64,000 bases of DNA from Candidatus Thorarchaeota archaeon (GCA_963726195.1 CAVSBO010000003.1:736001-800000); one strand, 5' to 3'. Positions 53,636 through 63,669 are shown, numbered from the stretch's first letter. Made by a program: numbers and translations. Notes: generated from the sequence alone by a model not told the origin.

Positions 53636-54187
53636 CTATGTTCGTTCGAGGTTCCTGATAAGAGCCTCGACCTTGTCCGCCAATTCCTCTGACGGATCAA
53701 CTGTGATTCCGGGATCGTGTGTCTCGATGACAACTTCCATTCCCGAATCAGTGACTTTCTTGAACCCCATCCTAGACGTCGCTCTTACCCTCAACTGAGT
53801 TGTATCGAACTCTGTCTTGTGAGTGGTGCCGACGGTCTGGGATTCCCTCGGGGTTTTCGGTCTCATCAGCCGGAGTTGTTCCTTGAGCTCCGCAACTTCA
53901 ACCTGTAGCTGGTTCTTCATTGTTATGGCATCGCTCAATCTGCCCTTCACTGCTTCGTGCTCCGAACGCTGAACATAATCGGCAGAACGGTCAACCCACA
54001 TTAGTGTGGTTCCATCGGATTTCCGCTTGGTCGTCACAAGGCCCAACGTCTTGAGAACCGCGACTATGTCGTACACTCTTCTCTTGGGGCTTTCAAGCAT
54101 GCCAGCCAACACGTCACTGCGAATACCCTGGGGTCCGGCCTCTTCGATGAGCTCAATGGATTTGTGGGCCAACTCGACGAGCTTCAA
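53636..54187 (-). CDS. E2F/DP-like winged-helix protein with coiled coil and C-terminal beta region
   Basis: LAHKSIELI...LAGMLESPKRRVYDIVAVLKTLGLV...TLMWV matches the E2F/DP DNA-binding pattern (KRRIYDITNVLEGIGLI..W); TTG start after GGGGTGA. Confidence 0.75.
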   Translation of the reverse strand: MKLVELAHKSIELIEEAGPQGIRSDVLAGMLESPKRRVYDIVAVLKTLGLVTTKRKSDGTTLMWVDRSADYVQRSEHEAVKGRLSDAITMKNQLQVEVAELKEQLRLMRPKTPRESQTVGTTHKTEFDTTQLRVRATSRMGFKKVTDSGMEVVIETHDPGITVDPSEELADKVEALIRNLERT

Positions 54188-54494
54188 AGTTTCACCCCAA
54201 GTTCAGTGGCGGCGGTTCTCTCCTCAGACCAGCTCTTCTTGTGATACAGCCCATGTTGTATTTAGGTGTTTCGCGACTGGCCCATATCAAAAACAAACGC
54301 ACGCTTTTTCGAGTGCTCTCACTTGAGGAGGAGTGTCGTTTGCGCAATCAGTGCCCAAGGTATTTGCACTCAATGCATCAAGAGGATAGTGCGCAGTCAC
54401 CAGCAGTCAGCGTGAGTTGGCGACACCGATACTTTATTACGTAGTCACAAGCGCTCCACGCGCGACAACTACTACATGAAGGGCGGCATATAGG

Positions 54495-55827
54495 ATGAGC
54501 AAGATCAAAGTCATAATCATGGGTGCAGCAGGCCGTGACTTTCATAATTTCAACGTTCACTTCAGAGACAATGAACAGTACGAGGTTGTGGCCTTCACCG
54601 CAGAACAAATCCCGGGAATCGAAGACAGAATCTATCCTCCAGAGCTGGCTGGGAAACTGTATCCAAAGGGCATCAAGATATACCCTGAGCAGAAACTTCC
54701 GGAGCTAATACAGAAGTTCGATGTGCAGCAATGCATCTTGGCATACTCTGACTTGCCATACGACACAGTCGGTCACAAGATAGCTCTGGTCAACTCATCT
54801 GGTCCGGACATGCGTCTCATGGGCCCAAAGACGACCATGCTCAAGAGCACGAAGCCAGTGATTGCAGTCTGCGCTGTGAGGACAGGTTGTGGAAAGAGCC
54901 AGACGTCAAGAAAAGTGAATTCAATCCTCGTGCAAATGGGACTGAAGCCCGTCAACGTGAGACACCCCATGCCGTATGACCCTGACCTTAGAACTCAGAT
55001 TGCTCAACGATATGCCCGTCTTGAGGACATGGACAAATACAACTGTACAATCGAAGAGCGCGAGGAGTATGAGCCCATGATCAACGCCGGTGTCATACTC
55101 TACGCTGGCGTCGACTACGGGAAAATCCTTGAGATGGCGCAGAAAGAAGACTGATGTGATAACTTGGGACGGAGGAAACAATGATTTTCCATTCTACAAG
55201 CCAGATCTTCATATCGTGATTACCGACCCACACAGGCCTGGCCACGAGGTCAGTTACTACCCTGGCGAGACTAATCTCAGAATGGCTGACGTTGTTATAA
55301 TAAACAAGATTGACACCGCCAACTACGATAATGTTGAGAAAGTCAGAGAGAATATCATAAAGACCAACCCGCGCGCGATCATCATAGATGCCGCTTCACC
55401 CTTGACCGTCGGCGATGTTTCAGTCATCCGTGGCAAGAGAGTAATAGCCATTGAAGATGGGCCCACAGTCACTCATGGTGGCATGCCTTACGGAGCGGCA
55501 TACATTGCTGTGCGCAAGCACGGAGGAACAATCGTTGACCCAAGACCGTTCGCGGTCGGAAGTATTCGGGATACGTTCCAGAAGTACACGCACTTGAGAG
55601 AAGTGCTACCAGCTATGGGGTACGGCAAGAAACAGATACAAGAACTCGAAGAGACCATAAACAAATCTGATGTAGACTCTATTGTGGTCGGGACCCCCAT
55701 AGACTTGACACGTATTCTGAAGATGAACAAACCAAGCACGAGAGTGAAGTACGATCTTCAGGAGATTGGCAAACCGGACTTGACTGACGTATTGGCGGAT
55801 TTCGTGAAGAAGCACAAACTCAAGTAG
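54495..55827 (+). CDS. COG2403 P-loop ligase (cDPG-synthetase-like / arginine synthetase ArcE family), frameshift near 55150
   Basis: MGAAGRDFHNFN, AVRTGCGKSQTSR, RHPMPY, TIEEREEYEP, WDGGNND, EDGPT.THGGM. Confidence 0.85.
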
Positions 55828-55836
55828 AGTTCATTT

Positions 55837-55869
55837 GCACATGTTGGAACAGTCCCTACCAACATGTGC
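55837..55869. terminator. Perfect 11-bp inverted repeat between convergent genes
   Basis: GCACATGTTGG-11 nt-CCAACATGTGC. Confidence 0.6.
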
Positions 55870-55999
55870 TAATCTCATTCCGGCGTGACATGATTCTGGT
55901 GCTCAAAGACTTGAACAGAGAATCGTGCATCCGAGCATTTTCACTTCTGCACAATCGTGGATCTTCGGCGCCGCACCGGAGTTGACGTCGAATCCTTCA

Positions 56000-56938
56000 C
56001 TACCATAGCTGCTGTTGGGACTCCGTGGCTGCTCTCGACATGAGGTCCTTGTACAGTACTGCTTGAAAGATGTAGTCGAGTGGATTGAGCAGTAGTCCAA
56101 TCGTCACGCTGTATATAATCGTAATGAACAAACTCGAGAAGATAGTGAGCCCTAAGAAAACAATGTTGATGACCAGACTGCCAATCATAACCACGATCAA
56201 GAGCAGCACTCTTCCACCGAAGATATGCCAGAACCTGTGACTCGTAATCGAGAATGACCTCTTGAGGGACTGCACTGCAGAGAGATCCGTGCCAATCACG
56301 ACAGCGATTAGCGGGGCAAATCTAACAACGACATATACCACTGCAGCCAAGCTAACAATCATAACGGCAAGCAGTGTAAGTGCGAGGTTCGCCACCCCCG
56401 GAGTGTAAACGCCCACGCTAAGAACATAGAACGACATGAAGACAAGGGGAGCCAATAGCATGGCACTTATCAGGCCGAACGCAATCTGCGCACCGATGAG
56501 TGTCGGAAGACGCCCAAATGCGAACGAAACGCTCTCACCTACACTTCCGCTTCCGCGTGAACCGTAATTGTCCATGGCAAGCTTGGTCATGGCGCCCCCA
56601 ACAACACCGTACACAACCATCTCTACAAGCATCAGGACGGCCATGACAAAGAAAAAGGAATCTATGCTCGTCGCAGACAGAAGACTAAGCGCAAAGGATG
56701 CGGGATCAGTTGCTACCGTACCGACATTCGATAATCCATCTGGACCGAGCAGCAAGTAGAAGACAAGAATCTCCATCACAGTCAACCCGATTGCTGCGAT
56801 GGCTGATATGGAGATATAGCCAGCAAGTCTTCTGGCCCAAAGGCCAAACGTTCTTGAGACAAGGCCGACAGCATCAACTTTGAAATCGGGTTGGGTCGGC
56901 TCTCCTGGTGCTGGGCCGGGACCTGTATTCTCCTCCAT
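56000..56938 (-). CDS. Multi-TM membrane protein (GDPD membrane domain/DUF975-like)
   Basis: VSRTFGLW, SVGESVSFA, SAVQSLKRSFSIT..RFWHIFG, LYKDL. Confidence 0.65.
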   Translation of the reverse strand: MEENTGPGPAPGEPTQPDFKVDAVGLVSRTFGLWARRLAGYISISAIAAIGLTVMEILVFYLLLGPDGLSNVGTVATDPASFALSLLSATSIDSFFFVMAVLMLVEMVVYGVVGGAMTKLAMDNYGSRGSGSVGESVSFAFGRLPTLIGAQIAFGLISAMLLAPLVFMSFYVLSVGVYTPGVANLALTLLAVMIVSLAAVVYVVVRFAPLIAVVIGTDLSAVQSLKRSFSITSHRFWHIFGGRVLLLIVVMIGSLVINIVFLGLTIFSSLFITIIYSVTIGLLLNPLDYIFQAVLYKDLMSRAATESQQQLW

Positions 56939-57014
56939 GGCAGTTCCGCTAGGTGACGGGAACCGATTTTCTTCTTATAACCACTCCGATAATGGAACTG
57001 CTTCAACCTTCATT

Positions 57015-58607
57015 TCAAGCAGGCTTCGGCCGAACATCTGCAATCTCCATGAACTTCAGCCCGCCTGCCTTCTCCATCAGTTCTTCGAACGCAATTATGG
57101 AGACGGTCGGAGTGATTTCTGTACTACTCTTTGTGATGCGCTGAATCTCCCGTATCAAGGATCTGTAGTCGCCGCCTACCGACGCACTCGGAGCTACGTA
57201 CAGGTTGAGCGTATCCATACTATATGGATCACTCATGTCCTCCTTTGCGACTTCGACCTGTACTTCCTCTACGTCCGGCAGGTTCAGAATGTCTGTTCGA
57301 AGTGCTGTGAGGTTTACAGTGGCACCCTTGATCTTCTTCTCCTCGAAACCCATGATAGCAATCTGCGCCTGTGCATCGTTTGTGCGACCAACGTCCCAGA
57401 AGAACGGTCCGTCCATACCACATACGGGGCACTTGGCGTTTTCATGCTTGGACGCGACGTCACCGAGCAGGAAACCTTCGAACACAGTACCTGTGCCATC
57501 CATGTGAAAGAGAGTGACATGACCAGACTCAGTCTCGTCAACGAATTCATACGAACCGTCATCATTTACCCTCAGAAACTCGAAGGACATCTCAAGAGGA
57601 CTCACGTTATGATAAGGCCCGTGATAGTCACACTGCACCGCGAATGAAATCTTGCTCTCTGATGATGCGTAACCTCCGATGACTCTGACCTCCTTCGCAC
57701 CTTTGTCTGTCAGAATCTGAACCATGTCGTCAACTACTGGAGGATAGATTTTCTCACCTGCCAGCAACAATACAACTTTCTCAGGAGCCTGAAAATCAGT
57801 CTCAGCCATTGCCTTGAAGAATCGGTTTCGTAGATAACTCGGCATGCCAGCGAACCCGTTAGCCTTGAAGACCTTAGCCAACTCAACTAGCTTATCGCTT
57901 GGGATTGCACCGCCTGCACTTGTGGCTACATAGAACTTGGACATTTGTCTCAATCCAAGATTGACAGCCCACCATCCCAAATGAGGGGCGTAAGGAAACA
58001 GGTTCATGCTGACTAGTTCCCAGCCGCTTTTCACCCAAGGATCGACAGCCATCTGTCCCACCTTGACACAGTTGCTGTTCAGCAAATCATAGTCGTATCG
58101 TGTGAGAAAGACTGGTGATGGGAGGCCCGATGCCCTGCCAGAACTTAGCCAGAACTGCAGCGGAGAGTACAGGTAGGTTATCCGTTCCTTCAGTTCCTCC
58201 ATGGCCTTCTTAGCACCAGAGTGAAGCTTCACATGGATACCCCTTCCACGGATGTACTTGTAGTCCTCATCAAAGCCTGCGTTCTTCGTATAGGACATTA
58301 GATTTCTGATAATCTCTGCAGGCGGACGTGGAGCACCATCAACTTCGGAAGGGTTTAGCACGAAAGACTTCAGGTTGTCTTTGTAGTCAAGCTTCTTGAC
58401 AAGAGGAAGCTGGTACTTACCCCAGTCTTCAACGCACGTTATGTTGAAGGGGTCCACATTGAGGCGCTTGAACATCTGACGGTAGTAGGGGTGATTGGGC
58501 CAGACCTGGTACCTGATGAACGCCTTGAACTTGCGGTCTTGAAGTTCCTTTATCTCGCGGTGGTTAGTTCTCTTCAGTTCTTCGAAAGTATAGGTAGTGC
58601 GGGTCAT
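57015..58607 (-). CDS. Phenylacetate-CoA ligase / coenzyme F390 synthetase-like adenylate-forming enzyme
   Basis: HPYYR, LPLVKK, LSSGRASGLP, GMPSY, AGE, GYASSE, GD, GRT, KIKGATV. Confidence 0.75.
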   Translation of the reverse strand: MTRTTYTFEELKRTNHREIKELQDRKFKAFIRYQVWPNHPYYRQMFKRLNVDPFNITCVEDWGKYQLPLVKKLDYKDNLKSFVLNPSEVDGAPRPPAEIIRNLMSYTKNAGFDEDYKYIRGRGIHVKLHSGAKKAMEELKERITYLYSPLQFWLSSGRASGLPSPVFLTRYDYDLLNSNCVKVGQMAVDPWVKSGWELVSMNLFPYAPHLGWWAVNLGLRQMSKFYVATSAGGAIPSDKLVELAKVFKANGFAGMPSYLRNRFFKAMAETDFQAPEKVVLLLAGEKIYPPVVDDMVQILTDKGAKEVRVIGGYASSESKISFAVQCDYHGPYHNVSPLEMSFEFLRVNDDGSYEFVDETESGHVTLFHMDGTGTVFEGFLLGDVASKHENAKCPVCGMDGPFFWDVGRTNDAQAQIAIMGFEEKKIKGATVNLTALRTDILNLPDVEEVQVEVAKEDMSDPYSMDTLNLYVAPSASVGGDYRSLIREIQRITKSSTEITPTVSIIAFEELMEKAGGLKFMEIADVRPKPA

Positions 58608-58827
58608 TCGACAGCCTCCAAACGTGTTCTGGTACGTCGACTCTTCTCAAAGCCGGTTTCGACGATTACGATGGTAGCCTACAAGCCCGAGTTTTCCGGG
58701 TCATAAATGTTCCGAGCCACAAAACGGCCTACGCGATTCCTCTGAGGTCAAGCAGGTCGTAATAGCAACCATTAATAGCACAGGACGGTTTTAGCCTCGG
58801 GAAATCAGACGATAGGAGTATGCCGCG

Positions 58828-59256
58828 TTGTCCGAGACCGACGAGAAGTTGCAGAGGGGTATCATAGAGCTCGATCATGGGAATGATAAGAAGGCATTCG
58901 ATTACTTCAAGGAGGTGTTCGAAGGTCGTCAGGACAGACTGATAAAAAAGGTGCAGGAGAACCCGAAGTCACCAACGCTGATGCTCGATGCATTGTACAT
59001 GATTCATGCGCTCGTGTGGCTCAGGGTAGCCGAAGCGGGGATGAAGAAGGAGAATGGAACCGAACTGCTCGGAAAAGCGGTTGGAACCGTTGAAGCAGCA
59101 AGAACTGCACTGGGCCCACTCGTGACCGGCCTCGCCCAATGGGCAAAGGAGAAGAATATCAAGATAGTACAGAACAAGGCGCTTGGTCTTCTAGCCGCAA
59201 CCAAGGATTTGGAAGACATGGCCAAGAAGGCGCTTGAGGCTCACAAGTCGAAGTAG
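58828..59256 (+). CDS. Hypothetical alpha-helical (TPR-like) protein
   Basis: GNDKKAFDYFKEV helix pattern; GGAG RBS. Confidence 0.55.
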   Translation: MSETDEKLQRGIIELDHGNDKKAFDYFKEVFEGRQDRLIKKVQENPKSPTLMLDALYMIHALVWLRVAEAGMKKENGTELLGKAVGTVEAARTALGPLVTGLAQWAKEKNIKIVQNKALGLLAATKDLEDMAKKALEAHKSK

Positions 59257-59282
59257 GCCTTGGGCCACATTACCAGGACATC

Positions 59283-59630
59283 CTACTTCTTCTGGCGCCC
59301 TTCCATGTACTCAGACCACGCCTTCGCCGGGAATCTTTCTTTCATGATCTTCAGTTCTGAGAAGATGCTTTTCTCCAGGTCAATTTCGTAGTGGTTTGCC
59401 AGCTGGAACAGAAGCGAAATGACTTGAGCAAACTCTCGAGACAGTTCTTCTCTCTTGGGGGCTTGGTGACCGAGACCCACGACCTTGTATCCCTCCTCCA
59501 CGGTTATGTGTCGGGCGACCTCTCCGAGCTCTTCAATCAAGTGTGCGAAAACCTGTGATGCTGGAAACTTGTCCCAGCCACGTTCTTGCTCAAATTTGGC
59601 AAGCATTTCTTGAATCTTCGAAAGATCCAC
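59283..59630 (-). CDS. MazG-like all-alpha NTP pyrophosphohydrolase
   Basis: ERGWDKF, HLIEELGEVA, LANHYEIDLE; the second acidic motif reads EFAQ instead of the usual ELAD. Confidence 0.8.
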   Translation of the reverse strand: MDLSKIQEMLAKFEQERGWDKFPASQVFAHLIEELGEVARHITVEEGYKVVGLGHQAPKREELSREFAQVISLLFQLANHYEIDLEKSIFSELKIMKERFPAKAWSEYMEGRQKK

Positions 59631-60329
59631 TTAGACCATCCTCTTCAGTATGTTCATTACGTGAGCCCTTGCTTGATCGAGGGCCGATGGAGAGACCGCT
59701 AGCATTGGGCCCAGCTTCGCTGTTTCCGGTAGTGCTTCTTCCCCAAGGAACATCGCCTCACTGACTGCGCCCATCATTTCCGCCGGGGGAAGAACAGCAC
59801 ACGCTAGCTTCGTTCCTGACTTCAGGCCCTTGATGTTTGTGATGATATGCCACACTCGTGACCCGTCAGAACATCTGCACTCTGTGAGATTCTTCGAGGT
59901 TTCCAATGGATGTGCTTCACTTATCTGAACCGCCAAGATGTCTGTGGCGAATGCCGCATCATCTCCATATTCTCGGAGCCTCCGTTGAAAACCCTGCACA
60001 ACTCGCAATGCATAGCTCAGTTCAGACACGGCTTCTACTTCCTTCACAGTCTTCGGTTTGTACGAACTCGACTTGACCGCAGAATCATAAACCTGGCCAA
60101 CCTCGTTAATTGCTGCAACTAGCTTTGTCGTAGCGTCAAGGTCTGCAAGTGCCTTGGGTTCCACGTAGGAGTATTTCAGTTCGTAGAGGAGGGTGCCAGC
60201 GGTCCTTAGGGATTCTGTGAGTTTGCTGTAGTCTAGATGGACTCTAACCCTTCGGTTAGTGGTAATCTCATTCAGACGCTTGAGTGCGTCCTCGAGAACA
60301 AGAACTCGGGCATCCTTTGACGTGTCCAT
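59631..60329 (-). CDS. Archaeal tRNA-binding protein with C-terminal EMAP/Trbp OB domain
   Basis: MDTSKDAR, LKYSY, HP...NL..C, IITNI, LPPAEMMGAVSEAMFLG. Confidence 0.8.
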   Translation of the reverse strand: MDTSKDARVLVLEDALKRLNEITTNRRVRVHLDYSKLTESLRTAGTLLYELKYSYVEPKALADLDATTKLVAAINEVGQVYDSAVKSSSYKPKTVKEVEAVSELSYALRVVQGFQRRLREYGDDAAFATDILAVQISEAHPLETSKNLTECRCSDGSRVWHIITNIKGLKSGTKLACAVLPPAEMMGAVSEAMFLGEEALPETAKLGPMLAVSPSALDQARAHVMNILKRMV

Positions 60330-60496
60330 GCATCTTCACCGAGCGGTGTCAGCTTGTGTCGCCCCATTTAAAGGCTGACCAATTCGGAGGGCACTGTGAC
60401 AGAAAGAGGTTCAGAAGCGACTGAGTTGAACACGAGAAGTCATATAAAGCAAGAAGGAGTAGCGGCTTTTTAGAGCCAAATACGGGGAATATTGCT

Positions 60497-61135
60497 GTGC
60501 TCCAAGCCGTGTACATACTCATTGCGGACTCGGGACTTTGCGTGTTAGACAGGAAGTATGGTACCGCTGATATGGACCCGAACCTAATTAGCGGCTTCTT
60601 GACAGCTCTCATTCAGTTTGGGCGAGAGCTGAGCGACGGCAACAGAGTGCATGTCATAGACTTTGGAGCATTCGACATATGTCTATCATTGCGGGACAAC
60701 GTAATAGTCGCTGCCTCAGTGGATAAGACTGACGACAGCAACGCAGCAATGGCCGTGCTGTCTGATGTCAATCACGAGTTCGTCGAAACGTACAGTGATG
60801 TCTTGGCCAAGTGGGACGGCAACCTGGAACCTTTTGAGAAGTTCACCAAGAAGCTTGACGAAATAACTAAGGATGGTCGCGCCTCGGAGAAGAGAATCAT
60901 AGTGCCGGTGCTGAAGGGGAAGGTATCGCCTATGCTAGTAAGACTTGGACAATTGAGCCAAGAGTCCTTTCAGGTCGGGCAAATGTGCAAGGGAAAGCTC
61001 ACGACAAAGGCTATTGCTGACCAACTGGGCATGCCATTGAAACAGGTCCAGAAAGCGTTACAGACACTTGAGGACATGAAGATGCTCGTCTGGAAGCAGA
61101 TCGGAGAGTCAGCTTCCTATCCCGGCACGACATGA
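60497..61135 (+). CDS. Longin-domain protein with C-terminal wHTH
   Basis: VYIL..SGLCVL...DPNLISGFLTALIQFGREL...EFVETY...WDGNLEPFEKF; C-terminal TTKAIADQLGM...LQTLEDMKML. Confidence 0.8.
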   Translation: MLQAVYILIADSGLCVLDRKYGTADMDPNLISGFLTALIQFGRELSDGNRVHVIDFGAFDICLSLRDNVIVAASVDKTDDSNAAMAVLSDVNHEFVETYSDVLAKWDGNLEPFEKFTKKLDEITKDGRASEKRIIVPVLKGKVSPMLVRLGQLSQESFQVGQMCKGKLTTKAIADQLGMPLKQVQKALQTLEDMKMLVWKQIGESASYPGTT

Positions 61136-61204
61136 CCCGCCTGCTTGAAGAGCAACCCTATGTTGCCTGCGCTAGACGCCAACTGGTGAGCGTTCACCAA
61201 AAGG

Positions 61205-61921
61205 CTACTGAGTCTGCCCCCACTCATTCGCCACTGCGATTAGTATCAGGCTAATCACGATAAGGCCGGGAGCGAGAATCCCTGGAATCGTGTAGGACCC
61301 GAACACTGCACTAGCCAGAAAATGCCTTCCAGCAGAAACCACTTGCCCGGCAAACATTATCATGAAACCAAGGCCAAGCAACGCATTGGAGCGTCGGAGG
61401 ACGCCGCCTGATTGGTACGCCAGGTACCAGAACAACAGGGGAATGAAGAGAGCGTAGAGGATTCCCGCCCCACCTGAAAATATCATCCTAATGGTCGGGT
61501 CCATTGGTACAAAGGCCAGCACCAATGCAATCAAGAAGGCAGGTATGGCGAAAAGAATCTCTGCCAGCCTATTCCCGAAGATCATGAATGCAGCTGTCGC
61601 GGACAATACTGCAAGCCCAGACCATTGAAAGAATGCACCCGCGCTCAGCAACCAGCCCCCATTTGTAATCAAGGGCGAAATACCCAAGCCCGGCAGGCCG
61701 CCGTAAAGGGATGTAAGATCTGCATAGAAATCGGCTATGAAGTAGAAGACTCGTCCCACTGCTAGGAGAAGGAAGAACAATGACATGGCCAACTGGAAAG
61801 GATTTCGCGTCTTGCGATAGCGGAAGAAGAGGATGAACAGAAACAAGAAGAAATAGAGGCCTACACATAAGAACCAAAGGCCCACGTGAATTTCCCGGAC
61901 AACCATGTCTATTGTCTGCAA
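61205..61921 (-). CDS. Seven-TM membrane protein
   Basis: Seven hydrophobic segments; FFLLLAVGRVFYFIADFY. Confidence 0.7.
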   Translation of the reverse strand: MQTIDMVVREIHVGLWFLCVGLYFFLFLFILFFRYRKTRNPFQLAMSLFFLLLAVGRVFYFIADFYADLTSLYGGLPGLGISPLITNGGWLLSAGAFFQWSGLAVLSATAAFMIFGNRLAEILFAIPAFLIALVLAFVPMDPTIRMIFSGGAGILYALFIPLLFWYLAYQSGGVLRRSNALLGLGFMIMFAGQVVSAGRHFLASAVFGSYTIPGILAPGLIVISLILIAVANEWGQTQ

Positions 61922-62028
61922 GCCTTGTCTCTCTCCACAGATAGTTCAATCAGGGGCTGTTCATAGGCAACCTGCAGATAAATGTATTCTGAGCCGCTGA
62001 GTTCGCGATAGGTCTTCATAATCTCTAT

Positions 62029-62472
62029 ATGAGAACAGAAGGAAACATAATCGATGCTGTGATGAGTAGTGCGGGCGTGTGGAGACTGAAATCAGAGGAC
62101 GGGACTGTGAAGACATTCGTCGATATCCGTCGGAAAGTTGGGAACAAAATCGTGAGAGCCTACTTGCTCAAGCCCCTGCTTCAAGAGAGCAGGGTGCAGC
62201 TGATAAAGGCCACACTCAAAGGACCTAAGGACGAGTTCAAGGATTTTGCTGATTTCTTGGTCCTTAGAGCACATGGCGAACATGGAGACTTCGAGATGCT
62301 TGTGGAGGCAGGGGTTTACGATAACCTGCGAATTGTGGGAGCAGACAAGGAAGACATGAACCAACGCCCAGCTGATGAACTCATCGACATGTTCACGAGC
62401 GCTCTGAAGGATTCAGCCTCCTACGGTGCAATTATCCTTCTGAGTGTCGATTCTAGAGTTCGTTCGGGATAG
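62029..62472 (+). CDS. Hypothetical protein
   Basis: 147-aa ORF, ATG start, protein-like composition. Confidence 0.6.
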   Translation: MRTEGNIIDAVMSSAGVWRLKSEDGTVKTFVDIRRKVGNKIVRAYLLKPLLQESRVQLIKATLKGPKDEFKDFADFLVLRAHGEHGDFEMLVEAGVYDNLRIVGADKEDMNQRPADELIDMFTSALKDSASYGAIILLSVDSRVRSG

Positions 62473-62526
62473 GTTTAATAGAGTTGCGTCGTCTTCGTAG
62501 CTATTTGGCGTCTGGTGGCTTGTTCT

Positions 62527-62718
62527 ATGCTACAGAGGTATGCGAAATGTCCTGTCTGCAAGAAGAAGACCATCCTCAATGTATCACCAAACGACCTCAG
62601 GGGCGTGAAGCGCTACCCATTTAGCGTGAAGGTTAGGCACGAAAGCCACTACTTCTATATCAACCTGGACAGTCAAGGACGAATAACCGACATACTTCCT
62701 CCCGACCTAGTGGAATGA
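62527..62718 (+). CDS. Small CxxC...HxxH zinc-binding protein
   Basis: CPVC...RYPF...HESH.FYINLDSQGRI. Confidence 0.65.
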   Translation: MLQRYAKCPVCKKKTILNVSPNDLRGVKRYPFSVKVRHESHYFYINLDSQGRITDILPPDLVE

Positions 62719-62719
62719 G

Positions 62720-63583
62720 TTAGCCGATGTATCTGTCACTGCCCTTGAAGTCCGGGCTCTCACCGCCTTGGAAATAGGGTCCCTTCTGCGCTATCTCATT
62801 ACGAGCCCATTCGATGAACTGCACGACCTGAGATACATTATCTTCAATTACTGCGAAGTCTAGAGTGAGCCCGGCGATATCGGCCATGATCTCCAAGACA
62901 CGTTTTGCAGCTCGGTAGTCGAACTTGATAATCCCAAGAGTCTCACCGAGCAGGCACGCGCCCTCCATGTCATACATCGTCGCCGCCCACACGGGTATGA
63001 ATCCGTTCGCTCCATTGATGAGTCCCTCCTTTGTCGTGACGGCTCCTTCGTGCCCAGAGACACGCTCAAGAAGCTCGTCTGAACTCGCGGAAACGTAAAC
63101 ACGGGAAGGAGCCGGATATGAACCGAAGAACTCCTCATACCCCTGCTCATAGGCCGCCAGCGCGTACATCTCTCTGACATTCAGATTAACCATCTCTTTG
63201 ACAAAGAAGTCTGCATACTCAAATACGCCAGCAGTGGAGGTCGGCTGAAAGTCCGCACTGAGAACGAAGATGTCATGGGGCTCATCAGGTGCCGCATGAT
63301 ACAAATGAATGGACGACTTTGGGAAATGCGTAATCCCATCTTTGACGAATACACGTGGAGGAAAGTCGCTACTGTAGAAGTCCATGATGTGTTCAGCATC
63401 AAGAAGTCTGATGAGGGTCTCAACCGCGATTCGGCCCACGTTCGCAATTCCGGGCAGTCCAATGACTGCCATCGGCTTCTTGAGAGAAGCTGAATCTACG
63501 TCAACGAATCTCCGTACATTCATGGCAAGCAGCTCAATTGACATCTTTCCAAGAGCTTTTTTGAGTATTGGTTTTGCAGACAT
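62720..63583 (-). CDS. PAC2-family proteasome assembly chaperone
   Basis: GLPGIANVGRIA, FYSSDFPP, ADFQP, ACLLGET, DYRAAK, C-terminal YIG. Confidence 0.85.
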   Translation of the reverse strand: MSAKPILKKALGKMSIELLAMNVRRFVDVDSASLKKPMAVIGLPGIANVGRIAVETLIRLLDAEHIMDFYSSDFPPRVFVKDGITHFPKSSIHLYHAAPDEPHDIFVLSADFQPTSTAGVFEYADFFVKEMVNLNVREMYALAAYEQGYEEFFGSYPAPSRVYVSASSDELLERVSGHEGAVTTKEGLINGANGFIPVWAATMYDMEGACLLGETLGIIKFDYRAAKRVLEIMADIAGLTLDFAVIEDNVSQVVQFIEWARNEIAQKGPYFQGGESPDFKGSDRYIG

Positions 63584-63669
63584 GAGTCCCCAGAAACAGT
63601 TCCCATTCTAGGCCCCCTCAATGAGCGGCTCGGAATGAGAATGGGGAAAGGAAGAGACGGACGTATCTC

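Noticed and set aside
54269-54348. TTTCGCGA and TTGCGCAA upstream of the E2F-like gene as autoregulatory E2F sites
   Set aside because: Imperfect match to TTTSSCGC and short enough to occur by chance; testable only by conservation or EMSA
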